A stretch of 37,057 nucleotides of DNA from positions 1 through 37,057 of the forward strand of contig JANYGY010000155.1 in the NCBI GenBank assembly GCA_025362255.1. Reading direction: 5' to 3'. Positions within the stretch are counted from its first letter, which is position 1; every line of letters begins with the position of its first letter. This stretch comes from Planctomycetales bacterium (GTDB taxonomy: Bacteria; Planctomycetota; UBA11346). The position numbers and the translations under genes are program-made. The notes under the pieces are model-generated. The model was not told the origin of the DNA and did no database searches. It was given only the letters and a program-made list of their open reading frames with translations. Shown here in pieces: positions 16,622 through 25,116 of this stretch.

Positions 16622-17662
16622 TCAACTGGGCGAGACCGCGTCGCCGCACCACGTCGAATCCTCGGCGCTGTCGGGCGCGGCTCGGCGAAAAGTCCCGGTA
16701 CCGAGATCGGTGCGGCATTGGCGCAAGGCAGTCAGCAGGGCGACCGCATCCTGCATCCGCCGCGCCGGATCCTTGCGCATGCAGGTCGCGACCAGATCGG
16801 AGATCGCCTTGGGCACGGCCGGGTTGATCTTGTACGCCTGCGGCACCGGGGCCGAGCGCACCAGCGCCGCGAGCCCGGTGAGACTGCCGCTGCTGTAGGG
16901 CGGCTCGCCGGTGAGCAGGATGAAGAACGTCACGCCCAAGGCGTAGACATCGGTCATCGCGGTGGCTGGCTGACGGGCGAAGGCCTCGGGCGCCATGAAC
17001 AACGGCGTGCCGCAGGCGGCCTGCTCATCGCCGGTGTCGACCGCCATTCCCAGGTCGCCGAGACGGAAGACCGCGCGTCCGCCGTGACGATCGACGAAGA
17101 CATTGGCCGGCTTGATATCGCGGTGGACCAGACCGTTGTCGTGCAGATACGCGGCGCCGCCGGTGACCTGGATCGCGACATCGAGAAAGCGCAACGGCTC
17201 GTCGATCCGGCCGCCAGTGAATCGTTCAGCGACATAGCGCGAAAGATCGCCATGGCGCATGTACTTCATCATGATGCACAGGTGGTGGCCAAAGGTGCCG
17301 GCGTCGAGCACCGGCACGATGTGCGGGTGTTCGCCGTTCTCAGCTTCAAGTTCCGCGAGCATCCGACCTTCGGACATGAAGGCGCGGACAATCGCCGAAT
17401 CGTCCATCAATTCGTGACGCAGCACCTTGATCGCCACGGGTCTGAATCCGCCGATCAGCTGCGCTTTCCACACCATACTCATGCGGCCTTCGCCGAGTTG
17501 CTCGAGCAGTTGATAGCCGGGCAGCATGGGTCTGCCGAGGCCATCGATCGCCGGCATCCCCGGAGGGGTGGCGACCGAGATGGCCTGGACGAGTTCGGTC
17601 TCTCGCTGCGCTGAATCTGGCTTTAAGGTCATCGACTCTACATCGTCCGAATGCCCGAGCAT
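16622..17662 (-). CDS. Ser/Thr protein kinase (soluble, kinase domain only)
   Basis: VAIKVL, HRDIKPANVFVD, LGDLGMA, GTPLFMAPE. The track ORF start (17959) would cross the divergent gene. I use ATG 17662 (MLGHSDD); ATG 17632 (MTLKPD) is equally possible. Confidence 0.75.
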   Translation of the reverse strand: MLGHSDDVESMTLKPDSAQRETELVQAISVATPPGMPAIDGLGRPMLPGYQLLEQLGEGRMSMVWKAQLIGGFRPVAIKVLRHELMDDSAIVRAFMSEGRMLAELEAENGEHPHIVPVLDAGTFGHHLCIMMKYMRHGDLSRYVAERFTGGRIDEPLRFLDVAIQVTGGAAYLHDNGLVHRDIKPANVFVDRHGGRAVFRLGDLGMAVDTGDEQAACGTPLFMAPEAFARQPATAMTDVYALGVTFFILLTGEPPYSSGSLTGLAALVRSAPVPQAYKINPAVPKAISDLVATCMRKDPARRMQDAVALLTALRQCRTDLGTGTFRRAAPDSAEDSTWCGDAVSPS

Positions 17663-17885
17663 GCCAACCCCGGACCGATCTTGCGAGCAGAATCCTTTGC
17701 CGTGAAGCAACTTGTGGCTCACTCTCGGATTTTGGCGGGGTCGCTTCGACGGGTGTTCGGGGTCTGAAATCAGCAGATTGGGCAACAGCCAGCGCCCGGT
17801 GGACGTATCACTTGGCGGTCCCCTGGGATTGCCCGCCCCCTGGCGAGTAGCCCTTTCAAGGGGTACTCTCAACATCGGAAACCTC

Positions 17886-20800
17886 ATGTCCGAGACGCCG
17901 GATTCGTTGTTTTTGAAAGCGGCTGTGGCCAAGGGCCTGGTCGATGCCGACCTCGCCAACAGCGTGTATCACGACTGTCAAAGCCAGGGTCGGAGCGCGG
18001 CCGACCTGTTGATCGAACGCGGCGTGCTGACCGCCTACAATGTCGATCTGATCGCCAAGGACGTGATCAAGGCCAGCGGTCCGCGGATCATCGGCGGTTT
18101 CCAATTGGGCGTGAAGCTCGGCCAGGGTGGAATGGGCGCGGTCTATCGCGCCACCCAGCTGTCGATCGGGCGCGAGGTGGCGCTCAAGCTCATGGCTCCT
18201 GAGGTGGCGAGGAATGCTACCTTCGCCGAGCGTTTCCTCCGCGAAGCGATCGCCATGGGTGCGATCAACCACCCCAACGTGATCACCTGCTTCGACGCCG
18301 GCCAAGACGGCAAGATGCTGTACATGGCGCTAGAGCTGATGACCGGCGGCGATGCGGATCAGCTGGCGCGCAGCCACAAGGGCATCCTGCCGGTGGTGCG
18401 CGCGTGCGAGATCGTGCGCGATGGCGCGGCCGGCTTGTGCGCGATCCATCGCGCTGGGCTGATCCACCGCGACATCAAGCCGGCGAACATCTTTCTCGGC
18501 GAAGACGGCACCGCCAAGCTCGCTGACCTCGGTCTGGCGCGGCCCGAGGCAAGCAGCGACCAGATGACCCGCACCGGCACCGCGATGGGCACACCGGCCT
18601 ACATGTCGCCCGAGCAGGCCGAAGGCGTGGCCGACCTCGACATCCGCAGCGACATCTACGCCCTCGGCGCCACGTTGTACGCCCTGGTTACCGGCCAGCC
18701 GCCGTTCAGCGGTCAATCCGCCTACGCAGTGGTCGCGCGGGTGATCAACGATCCGCTGCCGGACCCGCGCACGATCAATCCCAACATTCCCGAACCGGTG
18801 GCCCAGGTGATCCGCGCTGCGATGCACAAGGATCGCCGCAAGCGGCTGCAGACCCCCAGCGACTTGCTGCATCAGCTCAACCGCTGTCTGGATCAGCTGC
18901 TGGCCGCCGGTCTGACCGCCACCTCGGTCGGGGTCATGCCGCCGAGCCTGGTCGGAGTGGCAAGCCATCCGACGCCGCACACCCACGCCGGACCGGGGGT
19001 GAATCGCCACCATCGCAGTCCGACCAATGCCAAGAACGCGAGCTCCGCCACGCGCAATTGGCTTATTGGCGGAGTCGTCTGCGCCGCGGTGGCGGTGGCC
19101 GTCGTGACCGTGGTGCTGACCGATGGCTTGACGCCGTCGTCGCACGCGCCTTCGCCGGGCGACGTTGCCGAGCCCACCGCCCGCACGGCCCCCGGCGGGC
19201 AGGGTTCACAGGCCGCCAATACCCCGGCACATCCGGCGAAAACCACGGACGATAAACCCGAGAAGAAACCTGGAGTCGCGGCTACCCGCCGGTTGCTGCC
19301 CGGTGACCCGTGGGCCGAGTTTTCTGCATGGTGCACGACCACTTCCGCCCTGCCCCCGGATCGCCAGGTGGCGGCGGTGATTGCCGCCTTGCAGGAGCTG
19401 AATCCCGGATTCGACGGGCGGAATCAGGCCGAGATGGATCCCAGCAGCAGCAGCGTCACCGCGCTCGCAGTGTCCGCCAAGGGCCTCAGCGACCTGCGCC
19501 CGGTGCATGGCCTGCATGGCCTGCAAAGCCTGACCGTGCGCGGCGGCTCGGCATTCGATCGTGCCCCGCTGGCGCAACTCGAAGCTCTGCGCGGCCTGAC
19601 CCTGACCCGCGTGCTGATCGCCGGCACGTCGGTCGTGGACCTTAGTCCTCTTGCTGGCATGCCCCTGGTCGACGTCGACATCTCGGGCAGCACGGTTCGC
19701 GATCTGTCGCCACTGGTCATGGCCAGCCTGCGGTCGATCGCGTTCAGCACCGAAAATGTCCGGGGCGGAATCGCCGGCCTGCGCGCCCTGACCGCGGTCG
19801 AGTCGATCGGCATCACCTGGGAGGAGCGGCAGCCGGCGGCGAATTTCTGGCGCCGCTATGACGCCGGCGAGATGCCCGGCGTGGCTCCGACCTCGGCGCC
19901 TCCTGTGGCGGGAACAGCGCCTGAAACGACCCCGGTGATCGGGCCTGCAACGGCCGTGCCGGGGACCGCCGTCGTCACCAAGCCGCCGCTGGTGCTCGCG
20001 ATCGAGCCACTCGTGATTCCAGAATCCGCCACCGCCAAGGTCCGCGAGGCGGCGAAGATCTTCAACGAGGCGGCGACCAAACTGATCGCCGGGATCACCC
20101 AACGCCGCAAGGAAGCGCTCAAACCCGCGCTTAAAGCCGTCAGCGAGGAATACGACCGCGCCGCCCAGGGGATCCGCAAGGATCCGTCGTTGCTGACCCT
20201 GGTGCAGACCTTGAGCCAGGTGAAGGCCGCCCTCGAACGCGGCGCCGGCCCGCGCGATCCATTGTTTGCCGATCCCTTGATTCCGCGGGCGTCGTCGGTG
20301 GCCCTGGCCGAGTGGCGGGCCGTGATCGAACCGCTGGAGGCCGAGGCCTCGACCCAGGCGGAAGAGCGCCGGGTGAAAACCGTGAAAGCGCTGGAGCCAT
20401 TGGTCGCCGACAGCAAGTCCGGCGCCGCTGAACTGGCCGCGCAGCTGAAAGGAATGACGGCGAAATCGCCGGAAGCCGCGGCTGAATCCGTACTGCCGCC
20501 GGTGGCGGGGGCGATCTGGTCGATCGACTGCATGACCGCCCTGCCGCATGACACCGTGCTGCGTGACCTCACGGGCATCCATCCGCCGGCCCGGGTGGTC
20601 GGCGACATCACGGAAACTCCCTTCGGAAAAGCTCTGCGTGCTGATGGCCGCACGAGCCAGATCACCGTCACCCTCAAACGCCCGCTCGCGGCACGTACCG
20701 TCATGGCGTGGGTCTATGTCACCTCGCAAACGTTGAGCGGCGGGGTGATCGGCCTGCAAAGCCCCGATGGCGCTCGTTATGAAACGCTGATGTATCTGGG

Positions 20801-21662
20801 GGGACAGCCGGGCTGGGGGGTGAACAGCACCAACGGCAAACACACTCTCACCTCCGGCAAGGGCGGGTGGAATGAGGGCCTGCGCCGCCATCTCGCGTTG
20901 GTCGTCGACGGCACTAGCCGAACGGTTTTTCTCGATGGAAAAGCAATCGGTAACGATCAAGGCGGCGAGCCGGCATTCCCCGCGGGCAGCGAATTGCTGG
21001 TGGGCAAACGCACCAGCGGCCGCGATGAACGCCACTTCGCCGGGTTGATCGACGGGGCGCTGGTCTTCGACCGTGCCCTCAGTCTCGAAGAGGTCCGCCA
21101 GGTGATGCGCTGGCAGAGCACCGCGGCGGATCAGATCCGCAGCAACGTGCGCGATCGCGAGTGGCTCAACGTGCCCTTGGGCAATAGCGATTTTTCCAAA
21201 ATCCTGAGCACCGGCAAACCCAGCGAGTGGGTCACCCGCGGCGATGGCATCGGCCTGGCCCAGGATGACGGCAATCGCGTCCTGCACCTCGACATGAACA
21301 AAGCCGGCCAGGATGCACGCACGGCCAAACAGCAGGTCCGCCTGGATCCGACCTGGCGGGCGCTGCGTGCGCAGGTGCGTGTCCGCGTGCCCAAGCTGCT
21401 CGACCCGGTCAACAATGGCTCGCCATTCGCCGGCATGAGCATCTCCTTCGAAGATCCAAGCGGCGCCCTGCCGACGGTTCGTCGGTCACTGAACGTCGAA
21501 GAAAATACGAAAATCGGCGACTGGGTCGAACTCGCCGAGCGAACAGGTTGGCCGATCCCACCCGGCTATGGCGTGATGACGGTCGAGTGCCTGCTGCGCG
21601 GCAACCTCGGCAGCATCGACATCGATGACGTCAGAATCTCCGCCCTGATCGGCAAGCCGTAG
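17886..21662 (+). CDS. Large multidomain Ser/Thr protein kinase (N-terminal GspE-N-like segment, kinase, TM, LRR-like region, coiled-coil, LamG-like domain)
   Basis: Start at MSETPDSLFLKAAV (ATG 17886). Kinase motifs GQGGMGAVY, VALKLM, HRDIKPANIFL, DLGLA, GTPAYMSPEQ. TM segment WLIGGVVCAAVAVAVVTVVL. LRR-like LxxLxxL run (LSDLRPVHGLHGLQSLTV...VVDLSPLAGM...VRDLSPL). LamG_3-like block (AWVYVTS...HLALVVDGTSRTVFLDGKAIG...FAGLIDGALVFDRALSLEEV). Confidence 0.8.
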   Translation: MSETPDSLFLKAAVAKGLVDADLANSVYHDCQSQGRSAADLLIERGVLTAYNVDLIAKDVIKASGPRIIGGFQLGVKLGQGGMGAVYRATQLSIGREVALKLMAPEVARNATFAERFLREAIAMGAINHPNVITCFDAGQDGKMLYMALELMTGGDADQLARSHKGILPVVRACEIVRDGAAGLCAIHRAGLIHRDIKPANIFLGEDGTAKLADLGLARPEASSDQMTRTGTAMGTPAYMSPEQAEGVADLDIRSDIYALGATLYALVTGQPPFSGQSAYAVVARVINDPLPDPRTINPNIPEPVAQVIRAAMHKDRRKRLQTPSDLLHQLNRCLDQLLAAGLTATSVGVMPPSLVGVASHPTPHTHAGPGVNRHHRSPTNAKNASSATRNWLIGGVVCAAVAVAVVTVVLTDGLTPSSHAPSPGDVAEPTARTAPGGQGSQAANTPAHPAKTTDDKPEKKPGVAATRRLLPGDPWAEFSAWCTTTSALPPDRQVAAVIAALQELNPGFDGRNQAEMDPSSSSVTALAVSAKGLSDLRPVHGLHGLQSLTVRGGSAFDRAPLAQLEALRGLTLTRVLIAGTSVVDLSPLAGMPLVDVDISGSTVRDLSPLVMASLRSIAFSTENVRGGIAGLRALTAVESIGITWEERQPAANFWRRYDAGEMPGVAPTSAPPVAGTAPETTPVIGPATAVPGTAVVTKPPLVLAIEPLVIPESATAKVREAAKIFNEAATKLIAGITQRRKEALKPALKAVSEEYDRAAQGIRKDPSLLTLVQTLSQVKAALERGAGPRDPLFADPLIPRASSVALAEWRAVIEPLEAEASTQAEERRVKTVKALEPLVADSKSGAAELAAQLKGMTAKSPEAAAESVLPPVAGAIWSIDCMTALPHDTVLRDLTGIHPPARVVGDITETPFGKALRADGRTSQITVTLKRPLAARTVMAWVYVTSQTLSGGVIGLQSPDGARYETLMYLGGQPGWGVNSTNGKHTLTSGKGGWNEGLRRHLALVVDGTSRTVFLDGKAIGNDQGGEPAFPAGSELLVGKRTSGRDERHFAGLIDGALVFDRALSLEEVRQVMRWQSTAADQIRSNVRDREWLNVPLGNSDFSKILSTGKPSEWVTRGDGIGLAQDDGNRVLHLDMNKAGQDARTAKQQVRLDPTWRALRAQVRVRVPKLLDPVNNGSPFAGMSISFEDPSGALPTVRRSLNVEENTKIGDWVELAERTGWPIPPGYGVMTVECLLRGNLGSIDIDDVRISALIGKP

Positions 21663-21687
21663 TCAGCTTTCTGTAATTTTCTCAGAT

Positions 21688-21726
21688 CTCCTCTCGCCCT
21701 CTGCGCGCTCCTGTTTTCTCGCGCAG
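21688..21726 (+). repeat. CTCTGCG/CTCCTGTTTTC-family element (single-unit copy) with a 7-bp hairpin
   Basis: CTCCTCTCGCCCTCTGCGCGCTCCTGTTTTCTCGCGCAG. CTGCGCG (21701-21707) pairs with CGCGCAG (21720-21726), with loop CTCCTGTTTTCT. It aligns with the minus strand of 36466-36535. Confidence 0.6.
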
Positions 21727-21737
21727 TCCCGGTTTCC

Positions 21738-22220
21738 CTAAGCCGAAGCCAGCCGGTTGGTCAGCAGGTGCCCAAGCTCGATCAACGCGCGATGCTTGGC
21801 CACCGAGGCCTGCAGCGCTTCGGCGATCAGCGGTTGCAGGCGCCGGGCTTCGTGATCGTGGAGCACGCCGTCGGACAGATCGATCGCCATCTCACCAAGC
21901 AGCCGGGCGTTCACCTGATGGCTGGTGATGATCACCTGCAAGCTGCGCGCCACGGCCGCAGCGTCAGCCTTGGCCAGCGCCGGATCCCCCTCATGAGCCG
22001 GGCGCAGCGCGTCGGAAATGCGGTGCGTTCCCCATTCATGGGCTTCCCAAGCAGCGAAGCGTTCGAGCACCGTGCCTGACCAGTTCGAAAGGTCGTTGGC
22101 GTCGCGCAATTCGGCAAGCCAGCGATCGGCCGAGCGTTTGGGCACGTCGAGGATCCGTCCAAGATCACCGCCGCTGAGATCAGCGGCGACCGCGAGCACG
22201 GCCTTGGCCAACCGGCTCAT
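21738..22220 (-). CDS. Hypothetical protein, possible N-terminal helix-turn-helix
   Basis: 160 aa from MSRLAKAVLAVAADLSGGDLGRILDVPKRSADRWL (ATG 22220-22218). This forms an ATGA overlap with the upstream gene stop. G/C-rich third positions. No family recognised. Confidence 0.45.
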   Translation of the reverse strand: MSRLAKAVLAVAADLSGGDLGRILDVPKRSADRWLAELRDANDLSNWSGTVLERFAAWEAHEWGTHRISDALRPAHEGDPALAKADAAAVARSLQVIITSHQVNARLLGEMAIDLSDGVLHDHEARRLQPLIAEALQASVAKHRALIELGHLLTNRLASA

Positions 22221-22729
22221 GCGGACACCGCGGCGGACCCGGGCAATGAAGCCAGACCCGCAACCATGAGCGACGCCAAGCGCGATTCGCGCAACAGCTG
22301 CGGTCCGCGCTTCCAATCAGCGAGTTGTCCGGCGCGCACATCCCACACCACGGTGGCGGTGTCAGCGGCGCCGGTGGCGAGCAGCGCCCGCACGCCAGCA
22401 CGATCGGTGAGCCGCACGTTGCCCGCGGCGCCGATCGCGATCGGCGGCGGATTCAACAGCGCGCAGCCGCTGGTTGATTCATGAGCCGCGATGACCTGCG
22501 CGATCTTGTCGTGACTGCATCCGGACAAGGGCGGACCTTCCCAGGCGATGACGAGGAACCGTCCGTTTTCCTGTGCCGTCACCTCGGCAGACGTACAGCG
22601 GCCTTCGCGGACGAAGTGCGCGAGGAGTTTTTCCACGGCGGTGACCAGGGCCGACTGCGCGACCGCGGGCAAGGGCGGCTCGGCCGCGAAGATGCGCACC
22701 AGGGCGGTTTCAGACGGGATATCTCGCAT
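22217..22729 (-). CDS. Hypothetical protein, no recognisable family
   Basis: 170-aa ORF with protein-like composition, translationally coupled (ATGA) to the downstream gene and divergent from the histidine kinase gene. Confidence 0.45.
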   Translation of the reverse strand: MRDIPSETALVRIFAAEPPLPAVAQSALVTAVEKLLAHFVREGRCTSAEVTAQENGRFLVIAWEGPPLSGCSHDKIAQVIAAHESTSGCALLNPPPIAIGAAGNVRLTDRAGVRALLATGAADTATVVWDVRAGQLADWKRGPQLLRESRLASLMVAGLASLPGSAAVSA

Positions 22730-22818
22730 GTAATGCAGGGTACGTCGACAACCAATGCCCTCAATGACCGCGCCTTCGTCTTGCGGATTCGGCGTAACGA
22801 TGGTACAGACAACGAGAA

Positions 22819-24726
22819 GTGTCTGTCACCCGTTTTTTTTCTCCGCTTGCGATCGGGGTCGTCCTGGTGCTCACCGCACTGGGGGCTTTGGTGGTCATCC
22901 TGCTCGCTGGTGAAAGTCGGCTCATCGACCACTTGGTGCAGGACAAGGTGGTCGAGCTGGCGCAATCGCACGATCGCTGGCGCACCGAGCTGCAGGCCAC
23001 CCTGGCCAGTGGGGAATCAAGCATCCAACGATTTGCCGCGCTGGTCTCGACCATCGGCACCAAAGACGGCGTGTCGGCGGCGGCCCGCGCCGATTGGGAA
23101 TCTCGATTCGCGCGCGACATCGCCCAGGATCCAGATGGCGCCTGGCGCTCTCGCCCGGAGCGCTTCGATGCCAACCGCGATGCCGGCGTGTGGATTCCGA
23201 AAACCGGCAAGCTCGATGCCCAGATGCATTATTTTTATGCCCGCTGCGCGGAGGTCACCGCCTATTACGGCTTCGGAGCGCGGGACTCGTATTTCGGCAA
23301 CACGTGGCTGCTCGCGGCGGCCCAGGGTGAAGTCGAGTTCGATCCTGACACGCCGCGTTTCATCTACGATGCGGGCAACGATTTCCCGTATGCCGACAGC
23401 CCGTGGATGGCCCTCGTCGAGCCGACCGCCAATCCCGAGGGCCGGGTCCAGTGGACGCCGGCGAGCTACGATCCGATCGCAGCCAAGTGGCTCGTGAGCG
23501 CGGTGGCGCCATGGCAGATGGACGGCGTCTGGGCCGGTTCGGTCGGCCATGATCTGGTGATCGATGTGCTGCTGCAGAACCATCGCCAAGCCCTGCCGTT
23601 GAAAGAGCAGGAGCTGCTGGTGTTTGACCGTGATGGCCTGCTCATCGCTTCGACCCTGCACGCCGAACGCATCGCCAAGGCCGGCGGGAAATTGACGATC
23701 AAGGATCTCGACGATCCACGCAGCCTGGCGGCCCTGACGGTCGTCACCGCTCACTCCGATGATGTCGCGCATGTCGATGATGCCGGTGACCTCGTGCTCG
23801 TTGGGCGGATCACCGGCCCGGGCTGGACAACGGTGACGCTCGCCCCGACCCGGCAACTCACCGTCACAGTCAGCCAACAGTTCTCTTACCTGCGCTGGTC
23901 ATTGATCGGTGCCATCGGTCTCGTCGGCCTGCTGACCTTGGTCATCTTCCTGATCGACGTGAAACGGCGCACCCGGGTGACCCTGGATTCGCAAAAAGCG
24001 GCCGCGGCCGCGGTGCGCGCCCGCCAAGCCGCCGAACAGGCGAATCTGGTTAAGGGCCGCTTCCTCGCCAACATGAGCCACGAGATCCGCACGCCGATGA
24101 CCGGCATCATCGGCATGGCGGAACTGCTCGCGGATTCACCGCTGGAGCCTGACCAGAAGGAACAAGTCGAAGCGATCCAGACCTCTGGCGACTCGCTGCT
24201 CGCGATCATCAACGACATCCTCGACCTGGCCAAGATCGATGCCGATCGCCTGGAGCTGACCAATGAGGTGATCGATGTCTCGCAGATCATCGACGGAGTC
24301 ATTGAGTTGTGCGCGGTCAGCGCGGCGAAAAAAGGTATCGGCATCACCCGGAGCGGCGATGAGACCTGCCCGACGCGGCGCCGGGGTGACGGCCAGCGCC
24401 TGCGTCAGGTGCTGTTCAACCTGGTGGGCAATGCGGTGAAATTCACCGCCAATGGCTGGGTTGAAATCACGCTCAGCTCGCTGCCGAACGGCGTGCGCAT
24501 CAAAATCAGCGACACCGGCATCGGCATTCCCGCAGACCATCTGCCGCACCTGTTCCAGCCCTTCAACCAAGCCGACACCAGCGACACCCGCGCCCATGGC
24601 GGCACCGGGCTGGGCTTGGCGATCACCAAGCGTTTGGTCGAACTGATGGGCGGCGACCTGCAGCTCGTCAGCCAAGTGGCCAAGGGAACGGTCGTGACGC
24701 TGGACCTGCCGCTGCGCGTGGCGTGA
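22819..24726 (+). CDS. Sensor histidine kinase with a large periplasmic sensor domain (orphan, no adjacent response regulator)
   Basis: GTG start after GAGAAG. TM1 is [20 protein letters not shown], followed by an extracytoplasmic domain of about 320 aa, then TM2 ([18 protein letters not shown]). HisKA H-box [18 protein letters not shown]. HATPase N-box [12 protein letters not shown] and G-boxes DTGIGI and [19 protein letters not shown]. Confidence 0.85.
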   Translation: MSVTRFFSPLAIGVVLVLTALGALVVILLAGESRLIDHLVQDKVVELAQSHDRWRTELQATLASGESSIQRFAALVSTIGTKDGVSAAARADWESRFARDIAQDPDGAWRSRPERFDANRDAGVWIPKTGKLDAQMHYFYARCAEVTAYYGFGARDSYFGNTWLLAAAQGEVEFDPDTPRFIYDAGNDFPYADSPWMALVEPTANPEGRVQWTPASYDPIAAKWLVSAVAPWQMDGVWAGSVGHDLVIDVLLQNHRQALPLKEQELLVFDRDGLLIASTLHAERIAKAGGKLTIKDLDDPRSLAALTVVTAHSDDVAHVDDAGDLVLVGRITGPGWTTVTLAPTRQLTVTVSQQFSYLRWSLIGAIGLVGLLTLVIFLIDVKRRTRVTLDSQKAAAAAVRARQAAEQANLVKGRFLANMSHEIRTPMTGIIGMAELLADSPLEPDQKEQVEAIQTSGDSLLAIINDILDLAKIDADRLELTNEVIDVSQIIDGVIELCAVSAAKKGIGITRSGDETCPTRRRGDGQRLRQVLFNLVGNAVKFTANGWVEITLSSLPNGVRIKISDTGIGIPADHLPHLFQPFNQADTSDTRAHGGTGLGLAITKRLVELMGGDLQLVSQVAKGTVVTLDLPLRVA

Positions 24727-24744
24727 GGCGGGGTTCTCTTCGCT

Positions 24745-24789
24745 GGAAATTTTTTGAAAAAGACACATGGGCGGGCCGCCCATGCCACG
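24745..24789. repeat. AT-rich motif GGAAATTTTTTGAAAAAG followed by REP-like core, copy 7
   Basis: CACATGGGCGGGCCGCCCATGCCACG at 24764-24789 (inverted orientation, loop GGC). The AT-rich motif at 24745-24762 recurs at 36465-36482. Confidence 0.75.
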
Positions 24790-24912
24790 GAGGAGCTTGG
24801 AAATGACGCCTGGGGTGGCGGCCCAAAGGGTACCTCAGTGGTCAGAGGCGCTCAGCGGTGAAACTGAAATTCCGCACTGTCATTTGGTGGCTTCGTCCGC
24901 ACTTTTTCTGTC

Positions 24913-25107
24913 ATGCCCGAGGTTCGTATCACGTGGCGCTCGGCCGATGGCGAAGAGCGCGAAGAGCTGTGGCCGTCGGTCGAACGCTTTCGCTTGTGGG
25001 CCCGGGCCCAGGGCCTGCGCTGTGCCTGGACCGCCTACTGCCAGCCGCCTGATGCGACCGGTGACGACGACGACGAGTGGCTGGTCCTGGATCTTGGCCA
25101 GCTCTGA
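24913..25107 (+). CDS. Small hypothetical protein (64 aa)
   Basis: ORF with G/C-rich third positions and an acidic C-terminus (DATGDDDDEWLVLDLGQL). No family recognised. It may not be expressed. Confidence 0.35.
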   Translation: MPEVRITWRSADGEEREELWPSVERFRLWARAQGLRCAWTAYCQPPDATGDDDDEWLVLDLGQL

Positions 25108-25116
25108 GGCGGTTGA

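Noticed and set aside
17886-18070. c-di-GMP-binding MshEN motif at the N-terminus of the large kinase.
   Set aside because: The RLGxx(L/V/I)(L/V/I)xxG(L/V/I)(L/V/I) spacing is not met (the Gly is one residue late) and the Leu-Gly after the Arg is missing. Only a general GspE-N-like resemblance remains.
22217-22729. Possible BLUF-like photoreceptor fold in the 170-aa hypothetical (LVRIFAAE ... GRFLVIAWEGPP resembling YvS...F.Q.LEG).
   Set aside because: The essential Tyr and Gln are not present at the aligned positions and the spacing is off by one, so the resemblance is too weak to claim.
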